From an uncultured Clostridia bacterium (lineage in GTDB: Bacteria; Bacillota; Clostridia; Christensenellales; UBA1242): a DNA stretch of 52,896 bases. Both the position numbers and the translations under genes were made by a program. Of this stretch, positions 20,071-27,970 are shown piece after piece. The stretch lies in the NCBI GenBank assembly GCA_937891595.1, contig CALATF010000069.1, positions 1 through 52,896 on the forward strand, in the 5' to 3' direction. Numbering within the stretch: position 1 is the first letter of the stretch; every line of letters starts with the position of its first letter. Below the pieces are notes generated by a model, which saw only the letters and a list, made by a program, of their open reading frames with translations, was not told the DNA's origin and did not search any database.

Positions 20071-20639
20071 AATTTAGTAATCTCCCTATATAGATTTTTC
20101 CAGCTTGTAGCGAAAGGTAAATTATCTTTTTCTTTTCTATTATATTTGGTAAACATAAGCATACAATTAATACCATTTGCTACCATTTTTTTACACTGGC
20201 TAGCTCGGTCATCAACCATAATATCAACTTTATGTTTTTTACATTCGTTTGTTTTATCTGGTGAATTTGATAAAATAAGTTTTGTGTAGTTTATATTGTT
20301 CTTTTTAAGCCAGTTAAGTGTAGTTTGTTGTGGATTTTGGTAATGCGGATATGCCCTGTGTGAAATTAGGATTAGTTTGTGACCGTCCTGTAAAAGCTTA
20401 TCCATATATTTTTTACAATTATATCGTGGCTTTAAATCATTTGCTATGCGTTCCATTTGTTTATTATAAAACTCGTCTATTTCTTCCTGTGACCAGTCAA
20501 ACATTCCATGATTTATATGTCTTGCATTTTTATTTATAATACCAGTATTTCTTTTGTTTTTATCTTCTAACAAAAACTCTTTTAATATAGTTTTATCAAA
20601 AGCAGTTATAACGTTATCTATATCTAATCCTATATTCAT
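20052..20639 (-). CDS. HAD-superfamily 5'(3')-(deoxy)nucleotidase-like phosphatase
   Basis: HAD motif I at the N-terminus (GLDIDNVI, DxDxV) and a late DD motif (IMVDDR). The size (~195 aa) fits NT5C/YorS-like nucleotidases. SD agaggaa lies before the ATG. Confidence 0.6.
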   Translation of the reverse strand: MNIGLDIDNVITAFDKTILKEFLLEDKNKRNTGIINKNARHINHGMFDWSQEEIDEFYNKQMERIANDLKPRYNCKKYMDKLLQDGHKLILISHRAYPHYQNPQQTTLNWLKKNNINYTKLILSNSPDKTNECKKHKVDIMVDDRASQCKKMVANGINCMLMFTKYNRKEKDNLPFATSWKNLYREITKLCKKEI

Positions 20640-20874
20640 AAATTCCTCTGATAATTAAATATAACATATATTTTTTACTTTTGTATTATAAATTGAAAAA
20701 GTTTTTATTAATTTAAATTTGAAACATTTACAAATACAATTTTTTACTACTTCAAAAGATAACGCCATTAATTGTTTTTTATAAAAAATTATTTAATTTT
20801 TAAATTACATATAATAATATAAAACGATTAGAATTTTATTTTTTTGGTTAAAACGCCTAAAAAATCGCTATCTA

Positions 20875-20903
20875 TTGACACTTTTGCTTTTGCGGTTTAT
20901 AAT
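20875..20903 (+). promoter_or_regulatory. Consensus sigma-A-type promoter TTGACA-17-TATAAT for the GLUG protein gene
   Basis: ttgaca at 20875-20880, a 17-nt spacer, tataat at 20898-20903. GGAGG SD at 20920-24, ATG at 20929. Confidence 0.7.
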
Positions 20904-20928
20904 ATGGTAAACAATAATTGGAGGTCTT

Positions 20929-23900
20929 ATGAAAAGATTTTTAATGTTTTTGGTTATCGCTATTGCAGTAGTAAGCTTAGGATTAACTATTTATTACTTT
21001 TCAGCAGATAACGAAGTTATTTATATTAAAAGTTCATACATAGTAATTCAAAAGGGCGGATATATTGATAATGACGATTTACTAGATTTTAAGAACAAAA
21101 GCGAATATACCACTTTAAATTATGGTATTGAACAAAAAGAAAATGAAGACGCAAGCAAAAATGTTTTAGCTTATAAAGATGGCTATTATTTAGCTATGAA
21201 TGGTGGCGAAAGCAAAATTGTTATTACAACAAACAATATAAACTATTCAAAATTAGTTATTGACGTTTTAGTATGTGACGGCTCTGAAGAATACCCTTAC
21301 ATTATTAAAACAGAGCAAGATTTAAAAAGAATAGGTAAAGATGGTGATGAATTTACATCTGATAATAGTTATAAACTTGGTAATAACATTGAATTAACAG
21401 AACCTTGGACCCCTATTCCTGAATTTAGCGGAACATTTGATGGTAACTATTTTACTATTAAAAATATGACTATTACACAAGACTCTGTTAACAACCCACA
21501 ACCAAGTGGTGGCAATGAAGTTGCTACAGCTCCAAAATATAGCTTATTAAACAATTCTGTAGAAACTAACGTGGGCTTTATATCAATATTAAGAGGAACA
21601 ATCCAAAACCTTTTCCTAACAGATGTTAATATTGATGTTACAGAAGAATATGTAGGTGCTTTTGCTGGTACTAACTATGGAACAATTAAAACAAGTGAAG
21701 TAACAGGAACAAGCGTAATTAAAAATGCATTATCTAACCACTCTTTCGTAGGCGGTATTGCTGGAAGAAACTTATTTACAACAAAGAAAGCTGTTATTGA
21801 CAGATGCGGTTACGAAGGAACGATTACAGTTACAGGTTCATCACAAACTGCTGGTGGAATTGTAGGACAAAACTTAAGTGGAAAAATTAGTGAAAGCTAT
21901 TTTAGAGGATATGTTAACAATGGCGGTGACAATCACTTTGGTGGTTTAGTTGGTGTTAACTCTGGCGCAAAAGATGCAACAGCTGATATATATGATAGTT
22001 ACTTCTACCTAAAAGGTATTAATAACACAACTAATTTTCAAAAAATTTATGGTATTGCATACGATAATACAAATGCTTCAAAAGACACATATAACATGGT
22101 TACAGGTTGCTACTATGGTGGTGAATTTGAAGAATCTCAAGTTAATGCTTTAGGTGCTGAAGGTGCAGAATTAAAATCAAAATCTAATGGATATTTAACA
22201 AAAGAAGATTTTGCTACAAACGAAAAGAAATTTGTTACATCTGTTTCAAAAACAACAAGATACTGGAACTTTAATGGAGTTTGGGATTTACCTAATAAAG
22301 CGTCATATCCTATCTTAAACGTTTACTCTTCAGTAGGTTCAACTTACTTAATAGAAATTTCAGAAATTTTAACAGATAAACATATTACAAATGCTCAAGA
22401 ACTTTACGATGCTTTATGTGATCAAGATGTTAACGCTGAATATGAAATTACAGCAGATATTAAATGCGGTAAAGCTGATAGCGGTTTTGAATGGGGAGAT
22501 AAAGACCATCCTATTCCAGCAGTATTTAATGGCAAATTATACAATACAATGAATACTTCTGGTGAAGAAGCTGTTCCTTGGGTAATTTCTGGTTTGGTAA
22601 TTAACAATACAACAAATAATGGTTATGTAGGTCTTGTTCAAACATTAGGTTCTTCAGCAGTTATCAATGGTGTTGTAATTGATGGTGTTACTATTAAAGG
22701 AAATGATGCTGCTTATGTTGGTGTTCTTGCAGGATATAATCAAGGTGCTAATATAAATAATGTTACTATTGCAAATGTAGACGCAAATATTAATGGCTTA
22801 TGCTTTGGTACTTTCTTTGGATATTCTGAAGATTACGAAGGACATGGGATTAAAGATGTTATAGCTAAATTTGTAGATACAACAGACGGATATTTCTACT
22901 ATGCTGGTGGTTTAGTTGGTGTAAACCATTCAGTAATTACAGCTACTAGAGAAATTTACAACCACATAACTAATGTTAACTTTACAGCTAACTTTGTTGG
23001 TGGTGTAGTTGGTTCAAACTCTGGTAAAATTAGTTACACAACTGCTTTTGGTGTTACATTTAATAGAAATCATAACAATGCAAAAGATACCCCATTATTT
23101 AACGGAGACTATGGCGTATATGTTGGTGGTATAGTTGGTATTAACGAATACTCCGGTTCAGGTAAAATTCAACGTGGTACTATTAATAGTGTATATTCAA
23201 ACTTAATAGTAAATACTGAATCTGGTTCAAAATATTATTTATACATAGGCGGTATTGCTGGATATAATGGAAGCACTATTTCAGTAGCATATGTTACTAA
23301 ATCAACTGTAACAATACCAAGTGCCAAAAACTCTTATGTAGGCGGTATAGTTGGTTATAACTATGGCAAAATTTCAAATAGTGTTGTAGATGATGAATGT
23401 TCAATAGTAACTGGTATTTCAAATTCTGTAGGAACTTCAAAAGATGGAAACAAGCACTTATTGAATATTGATAACTGCAGTATTGTGGGTGGTATAGTTG
23501 GTTTTGATGCTAAAACAACAAGTTCAACTTATTCTATCTATCAATGTGCAAGTTATATGAATAATATTCAAGGTTATTATGCTGGCGGACTTTGTGGTAT
23601 AACTTATGGAATTATAGAAAGAAGTTATTGTGGTTATTCAACAAAAACTAATGGCGGAGTAAAAATTACAGGTTTCTTTGCTGGTGGTTTAGCTGGTGTA
23701 ATTGCTAATGGATTAATTAATCAATGTTATGTTTTTGCTAATATTAACAATGTTAAAACAAATGGAACATATAAAAACATTACTTCTGTAGTAAATATGG
23801 ATGTTAGCGCTTCTGCTGGTTTAACAGTATTTATTATAGGTAAAAATACAGTTGTTCAAAATTGTTATGCAGTAACAACTTTCAGTGGGGCAGGAGCTGC

Positions 23901-24162
23901 TTCTTATGCTACAACTGCTGATTTAGATGGATATTATTCTCATGGAACATTAAAAAATTGTGCATATCAAAATAATGGTTCAAAAACAAGTTTGTCTGGC
24001 GCTAAAAAAATTAGTGAAGCAAACTTTAAAGGAAATGATAGCTTTAGTTCATTATTCAAAGCTTTAGGTGGTTCAGAAGGTTGGACAGATATTCAAGGTA
24101 AATATCCAACTATTGAACAAGTAAACGTAGATTTTCCTTCCGATTTACCTATTTATCACTAA
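20929..24162 (+). CDS. GLUG-motif repeat surface protein with N-terminal signal anchor (1077 aa)
   Basis: N-terminal hydrophobic helix FLMFLVIAIAVVSLGLTIYYF. The segment CDGSEEYPYIIKTEQDLKRIG...FSGTFDGNYFTIKNMTI is typical of GLUG-protein N-domains. At least a dozen [FY]-[VA]-GG-[ILV]-[VA]-G-x-N-x-G-x-I repeats, e.g. YVGGIVGYNYGKISNSVV and FAGGLAGVIANGLINQCYV. Confidence 0.8.
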   Translation: MKRFLMFLVIAIAVVSLGLTIYYFSADNEVIYIKSSYIVIQKGGYIDNDDLLDFKNKSEYTTLNYGIEQKENEDASKNVLAYKDGYYLAMNGGESKIVITTNNINYSKLVIDVLVCDGSEEYPYIIKTEQDLKRIGKDGDEFTSDNSYKLGNNIELTEPWTPIPEFSGTFDGNYFTIKNMTITQDSVNNPQPSGGNEVATAPKYSLLNNSVETNVGFISILRGTIQNLFLTDVNIDVTEEYVGAFAGTNYGTIKTSEVTGTSVIKNALSNHSFVGGIAGRNLFTTKKAVIDRCGYEGTITVTGSSQTAGGIVGQNLSGKISESYFRGYVNNGGDNHFGGLVGVNSGAKDATADIYDSYFYLKGINNTTNFQKIYGIAYDNTNASKDTYNMVTGCYYGGEFEESQVNALGAEGAELKSKSNGYLTKEDFATNEKKFVTSVSKTTRYWNFNGVWDLPNKASYPILNVYSSVGSTYLIEISEILTDKHITNAQELYDALCDQDVNAEYEITADIKCGKADSGFEWGDKDHPIPAVFNGKLYNTMNTSGEEAVPWVISGLVINNTTNNGYVGLVQTLGSSAVINGVVIDGVTIKGNDAAYVGVLAGYNQGANINNVTIANVDANINGLCFGTFFGYSEDYEGHGIKDVIAKFVDTTDGYFYYAGGLVGVNHSVITATREIYNHITNVNFTANFVGGVVGSNSGKISYTTAFGVTFNRNHNNAKDTPLFNGDYGVYVGGIVGINEYSGSGKIQRGTINSVYSNLIVNTESGSKYYLYIGGIAGYNGSTISVAYVTKSTVTIPSAKNSYVGGIVGYNYGKISNSVVDDECSIVTGISNSVGTSKDGNKHLLNIDNCSIVGGIVGFDAKTTSSTYSIYQCASYMNNIQGYYAGGLCGITYGIIERSYCGYSTKTNGGVKITGFFAGGLAGVIANGLINQCYVFANINNVKTNGTYKNITSVVNMDVSASAGLTVFIIGKNTVVQNCYAVTTFSGAGAASYATTADLDGYYSHGTLKNCAYQNNGSKTSLSGAKKISEANFKGNDSFSSLFKALGGSEGWTDIQGKYPTIEQVNVDFPSDLPIYH

Positions 24163-24167
24163 GAATT

Positions 24168-24199
24168 AAAAAAGAATGCTAATATTAGCATTCTTTTTT
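24168..24199 (+). terminator. Rho-independent terminator of the GLUG gene
   Basis: aaagaatgct (24171-24180) pairs with agcattcttt (24187-24196), followed by a T-run. Confidence 0.75.
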
Positions 24200-24225
24200 G
24201 TTATTTTAAATAAGTGTTATATAAT

Positions 24226-24260
24226 AAAAACTTTTGAGATGTTGTCTCAAAAGTTTTTTT
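24226..24260. terminator. Second hairpin terminator, bidirectional-looking (serves spoVG and backs up the GLUG gene)
   Basis: cttttgaga (24231-24239) pairs with tctcaaaag (24245-24253). An A5 run lies upstream and a T7 run downstream. Confidence 0.6.
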
Positions 24261-24341
24261 GTTTTTATTATTTAGCGATAAAAAACTAATAATACTTTAG
24301 GCATTACTTTTATAGCTAAAATTTATTTTAAATTATATTTA

Positions 24342-24611
24342 TTATTCAGCTTCTTTTTGTGCTTTTTCGAATTCAGCTAAAATAGCAGCTCTAATTTCTT
24401 CTCTTGTTTCTGTGTTAAGAGGGTGAACAATGTCCTTATATTCTCCGTCCAAAGTTTTTCTGCTAGGCATTGCGATAAAATAGCCTTGATTGCCTTCGAT
24501 AACTTTGATATCATGAACAACAAAGCATTCGTCAATAGTAATTGAAGCTACTGCTTTTAATTTGTTGTCATCTTTTTTAATAATTCTTACGCGTACATCT
24601 GAAATTTTCAA
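24342..24611 (-). CDS. spoVG: Septation/regulatory protein SpoVG
   Basis: [52 protein letters not shown] aligns from residue 1 with canonical SpoVG (MEVTDVRLRRV...). I place the start at TTG 24611 because it is preceded by AAAGGAAGG with 8-nt spacing. The ORF-track GTG at 24641 would add 10 non-conserved residues that contain the SD itself. Confidence 0.85.
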   Translation of the reverse strand: MKISDVRVRIIKKDDNKLKAVASITIDECFVVHDIKVIEGNQGYFIAMPSRKTLDGEYKDIVHPLNTETREEIRAAILAEFEKAQKEAE

Positions 24612-24738
24612 AGTTTTATACCTTCCTTTTTTGTTTGCCACTAAAATAATCTGGCTATGACTAAATTTTATATTATACTAAAAAAAAATGCAAACAAATA
24701 TATAAACTTTTGTTTTAATTTTTTCATATAAAATTATT

Positions 24739-26124
24739 ATGAAACTAAATTTAAGAAATTATAACAAAATATTTTTTGTGGGCATAGGTGGAATTAGCAT
24801 GAGTGCCTTAGCCTTACTATTAAAGGGACACAAAAAAGATATAGTTGGTAGCGACCTAACTAAAACTAAAATAACTAAAAATTTAAAAGACAAGGGTATA
24901 AAGGTTTTTTACAAACATAAGGCTAGCAACATTAAGGGATGTAATCTAGTTGTATTTTCGGGTGCTGTTCCTAGTAAAAATCCTGAAATTATAAAAGCAA
25001 AAGAATTAGGTATTCCAGTTATTGAAAGGTCGCAATTATTATATATAATTTCAAAAGAATATAAAAATGTTATAGCAATATCTGGTACACATGGTAAAAC
25101 AACAACAACGGCTATGATTGCGTATATTTTTATGATTTGTGGACTGAAGCCTACTGTTCATGTTGGTGGGGAATTTGAATCTATTAGCGGAAATATTATG
25201 CTAGGTGAAAAAGATTATTTTATTACTGAAGCTTGCGAATTTAGGGATAGCTTTTTAAAGCTAAGGCCAACGGTATCTATTATTAACAATGTAGAGTTAG
25301 AACATTTAGACTATTTTAAAAACTTTGAAAACGAGGTTAAATCTTTTAATAAGTTTGCTAGTTTTACTAAAAAAGTTTGTTTTATAAATGGAAAATACAA
25401 AAGTTTAATTAAAAACAAAAACAATTTAGTGACTTATGGCTATTCAAATGCAAATAATTTATATGCAAGAAATATACATAAGGGTTGTGATTGCAAATAT
25501 GTTTTTGATTGCTATAAAGGCAAAACTTACATAGGTAATTTTAAGCTAAATGTTTATGGAAAGCATAATATAGAAAATGCATTAGGCGCAATCTCAGTAT
25601 GTTTGGAATATGGAATAGATTACAACGTAATTTATCTTGGGCTTAAAACTTTTAATAATGTTCATAGGCGGTTTGAGGTTGTTGGAACTTTTAAAGACTG
25701 CTTAATGATTCATGATTATGCTCATCATCCAACCGAAATCTTAAACACTATAAAAACATGCAAAGAGGTTTTTAAAAAGAAAGTTGTTTGTGTTTTTCAG
25801 CCCCACACATATTCTAGAACAAAAACTTTATTAGATAATTTTAGTAAATGTTTTGACGGATTAGATTGTTTATTTTTACTAAAAACTTATTCCGCAAGGG
25901 AAAAGTTTGAATATCTTGGAAGTGCAGATTATCTTAAAGATAGTATTCTTAAAAGCAACCCTTCGTTTTTAGTTAGAGGAGCATATTCAAAAAAAGAATT
26001 TATTAAAAAAATGAAAAAAGAAAAATTGAGCGATTGTGTTTTATTGTTTTTGGGAGCAGGGGATATAGAAAAACTACCTAATAAATTAGCTAAGAAAAGA
26101 GATATGTTTATTAATTGTAAATAG
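24739..26124 (+). CDS. murC: UDP-N-acetylmuramate--L-alanine ligase
   Basis: FFVGIGGISMSALALLL (N-terminal Rossmann motif), ISGTHGKTTTTAMI (Mur ligase P-loop), and a C-terminal HDYAHHPTE motif. Confidence 0.9.
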   Translation: MKLNLRNYNKIFFVGIGGISMSALALLLKGHKKDIVGSDLTKTKITKNLKDKGIKVFYKHKASNIKGCNLVVFSGAVPSKNPEIIKAKELGIPVIERSQLLYIISKEYKNVIAISGTHGKTTTTAMIAYIFMICGLKPTVHVGGEFESISGNIMLGEKDYFITEACEFRDSFLKLRPTVSIINNVELEHLDYFKNFENEVKSFNKFASFTKKVCFINGKYKSLIKNKNNLVTYGYSNANNLYARNIHKGCDCKYVFDCYKGKTYIGNFKLNVYGKHNIENALGAISVCLEYGIDYNVIYLGLKTFNNVHRRFEVVGTFKDCLMIHDYAHHPTEILNTIKTCKEVFKKKVVCVFQPHTYSRTKTLLDNFSKCFDGLDCLFLLKTYSAREKFEYLGSADYLKDSILKSNPSFLVRGAYSKKEFIKKMKKEKLSDCVLLFLGAGDIEKLPNKLAKKRDMFINCK

Positions 26125-26198
26125 AAAATTTAAATTATTTTTTTAGATAATATTAAGTTTGTAACCCAAAAATATTAAAGTAAAATTTAATTATAAAT

Positions 26199-26235
26199 AA
26201 AAAAAAGAACGTCTTTATGTTAAAAACGTTCTTTT
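26199..26235. terminator. Bidirectional terminator shared by murC and rpmE
   Basis: aaaagaacgt (26203-26212) pairs with acgttctttt (26226-26235), flanked by A and T runs. Confidence 0.7.
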
Positions 26236-26246
26236 AATTTTTTAAA

Positions 26247-26453
26247 TTAGTCTAATTTATATTTCTTTTGGAATTTTTCAACTTTACCGCTAGCATCAAC
26301 TATTTTTTGTTTACCTGTGAAAAATGGGTGACATTTGTTGCAAATATCAATTTTAATAACTTCACCAGGTTTTGTTGATTTTGTTGTAAACTTTTCGCCA
26401 CAAGCGCATTCTACTTGAACTTCATGGTAATTTGGTTGGATGTCTTTATTCAT
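26247..26453 (-). CDS. rpmE: 50S ribosomal protein L31 (Zn-ribbon type A)
   Basis: [22 protein letters not shown]...[13 protein letters not shown] is the L31 signature with CxC...CxxC. Strong SD aggagga. Confidence 0.92.
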   Translation of the reverse strand: MNKDIQPNYHEVQVECACGEKFTTKSTKPGEVIKIDICNKCHPFFTGKQKIVDASGKVEKFQKKYKLD

Positions 26454-26525
26454 TGTATATCCTCCTGCATAGTTTAAGTGTATTGAAATAAAAATTCAAA
26501 ACGGACTTTTTAATCTCTGTTTCAA

Positions 26526-26554
26526 AGTATAAAACAAAATTGTTGTTAAGTCAA
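26526..26554 (-). promoter_or_regulatory. Putative rpmE promoter TTGACT-17-TATACT (minus strand)
   Basis: On the minus strand: ttgact (26554-26549), a 17-nt spacer, tatact (26531-26526). This would give a leader of roughly 65 nt. Confidence 0.5.
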
Positions 26555-26639
26555 TGTTTTTTTTAAGATAAAAATGTAAATAATGCATAAATATATTAAA
26601 AATCTATTAGCATTTAAGCAATGTACATTTTTATTTTGT

Positions 26640-26669
26640 TTGACTTTAAAATAATTACTAATATATAAT
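26640..26669 (+). promoter_or_regulatory. Putative promoter TTGACT-18-TATAAT for the TM/PQ-rich/SHOCT gene
   Basis: ttgact at 26640-26645 and tataat at 26664-26669. GGGAG SD at 26688-92, ATG at 26699. Confidence 0.5.
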
Positions 26670-26698
26670 AATATATATTTTAAGTGTTGGGAGTGTTT

Positions 26699-27907
26699 AT
26701 GAAAAAAGGTGCAACATTAACATCTGGTATTTTAACAATAATATTGTTTACAATTTTGTTGTTTGTTTCTATTTTCGAAGTGGCTAATGTTTTTAAAATT
26801 ACTTTTATTCAGGAGATTTTTGAAAACTACGCAGAACTTAATTATGTTATAACTATTGTTTCTTCATTGTTTATTACTTTTCCACTTGCTTTAGTAGAAA
26901 CTATATTTAATTTACAAATACCTGAATTGTATAGTCAAATAATAGTTGTTGTTTTTGCAGTATTTTCTTTATTAATGATTATTTGGGGCATAAAAGAAAT
27001 TTTTATTTCTAAAAAAGAAGATGTAAATTTTGCAAAATGTAAAAAAACATGTGGTTTCATGATGTTTACAAAATTTATGTTTTTTGCTTTCTTGGGTGCT
27101 TCTTTAGCTTTATATTTTGTACTAGACGAATATAAATTATTATGGGATACTAATTTTGCATTACTTAAAGAAATTACAGAAATAGATTTCACCATGTATT
27201 TTATAATAGGGTTGGCAGTATTAGCTTTATATGCTTTAATCATTTTCTTATTACCTACAATTAACTTTGCAGTTGCATATAAACAAGCAAAGAAAGATGG
27301 TATTCTAGATATTGAAAGTACTTCTGGTGAAGACAACTCAGGCATACAATCATATGACGGCGGTGAGCAAGCATACGCTCCACAATCAACTATGCAAGCA
27401 AATATGCCACCTATTCCTGGATATCAACCTCAATATAATACACAACCTCAACAAGTTGCACAACCACAACCTCAAATAGTAGAACAACCTGTTAACAATG
27501 TTCAACAACAACCTGTTGCGCAACCAGTTGCTCAGCCAGTAGAACAACCTGTTATACAACAACCACAAGCAGTTAACACTCAACCTGTAAATAATGTTCA
27601 GCCACAAGCTCCTGTTAATCAACCAAAACCTGCACCACAACCACAAGCTCCTGCTAAACCAAAGCCTGTTTTTGCTACTAGCGAGCCTCAACCAAGTGTT
27701 CAAGCTCAATTTAATCCACAAATTCAAGCAGAAGAAGCATTAAGGGCTTCCTCAATTACTCCTGGTCAAAATGGTGTTCCTTTAAATATTACACAAAAAG
27801 GTATTGAAGGACTTGAGAGATTAGAAAGATTAAGAGCCGGCGGTATGCTTACTGAAGAAAATTATCAAGCTATGCGTCAAAAAATATTTACAACAGATAT
27901 TGCTTAA
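26699..27907 (+). CDS. Polytopic membrane protein with Pro/Gln-rich linker and C-terminal SHOCT-like domain
   Basis: About 5 hydrophobic helices in the first 200 aa. QPV/QPQ-rich low complexity follows (QPVAQPVAQPVEQPVIQQPQ...). The C-terminus GIEGLERLERLRAGGMLTEENYQAMRQKIF resembles the SHOCT consensus. I moved the start from GTG 26684 to ATG 26699 on the basis of SD spacing. Confidence 0.7.
   Translation: MKKGATLTSGILTIILFTILLFVSIFEVANVFKITFIQEIFENYAELNYVITIVSSLFITFPLALVETIFNLQIPELYSQIIVVVFAVFSLLMIIWGIKEIFISKKEDVNFAKCKKTCGFMMFTKFMFFAFLGASLALYFVLDEYKLLWDTNFALLKEITEIDFTMYFIIGLAVLALYALIIFLLPTINFAVAYKQAKKDGILDIESTSGEDNSGIQSYDGGEQAYAPQSTMQANMPPIPGYQPQYNTQPQQVAQPQPQIVEQPVNNVQQQPVAQPVAQPVEQPVIQQPQAVNTQPVNNVQPQAPVNQPKPAPQPQAPAKPKPVFATSEPQPSVQAQFNPQIQAEEALRASSITPGQNGVPLNITQKGIEGLERLERLRAGGMLTEENYQAMRQKIFTTDIA
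27380..27675 (+). repeat. Pro/Gln/Val-rich low-complexity coding repeat (approximate bounds)
   Basis: The short cca/caa/cct/gtt periodicity gives QPQ, QPV and KPxP runs. It is locally GC-richer, which explains the long spurious antisense ORFs at 26935-27345 and 27386-27727. Confidence 0.7.
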
Positions 27908-27914
27908 TAAAGTT

Positions 27915-27950
27915 AAAGACATCATGGTTTAAAGCTTATGATGTCTTTTT
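27915..27950 (+). terminator. Hairpin + T-run directly abutting the RBS of the next gene (terminator or attenuator)
   Basis: aaagacatcat (27915-27925) pairs with atgatgtcttt (27938-27948), then ttttt. AAAGGAG at 27955-61, ATG at 27971. Confidence 0.65.
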
Positions 27951-27970
27951 AGATAAAAGGAGTTTAAGTT

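Noticed and set aside
18776-20539. Plus-strand ORFs 18776-19021, 19715-19933, 20065-20289 and 20330-20539
   Set aside because: They are antisense shadows of the DUF5662, nucleoside hydrolase and HAD genes, all of which carry clear family motifs. No independent support.
24712-24738. No Shine-Dalgarno sequence upstream of the murC ATG, raising the question of a wrong start
   Set aside because: An in-frame TAA at 24703-05 blocks extension, and the next ATG would delete the GIGGISM nucleotide-binding motif. An unstructured A/T-rich leader probably suffices, so this is not evidence of anything unusual.
26935-27727. Minus-strand ORFs 26935-27345 (136 aa) and 27386-27727 (113 aa)
   Set aside because: They lie antisense to the membrane/PQ-rich gene. 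The second is a Leu/Trp/Arg-rich mirror of the CAA/CCA repeat. These are artefacts of stop-poor repetitive sequence.
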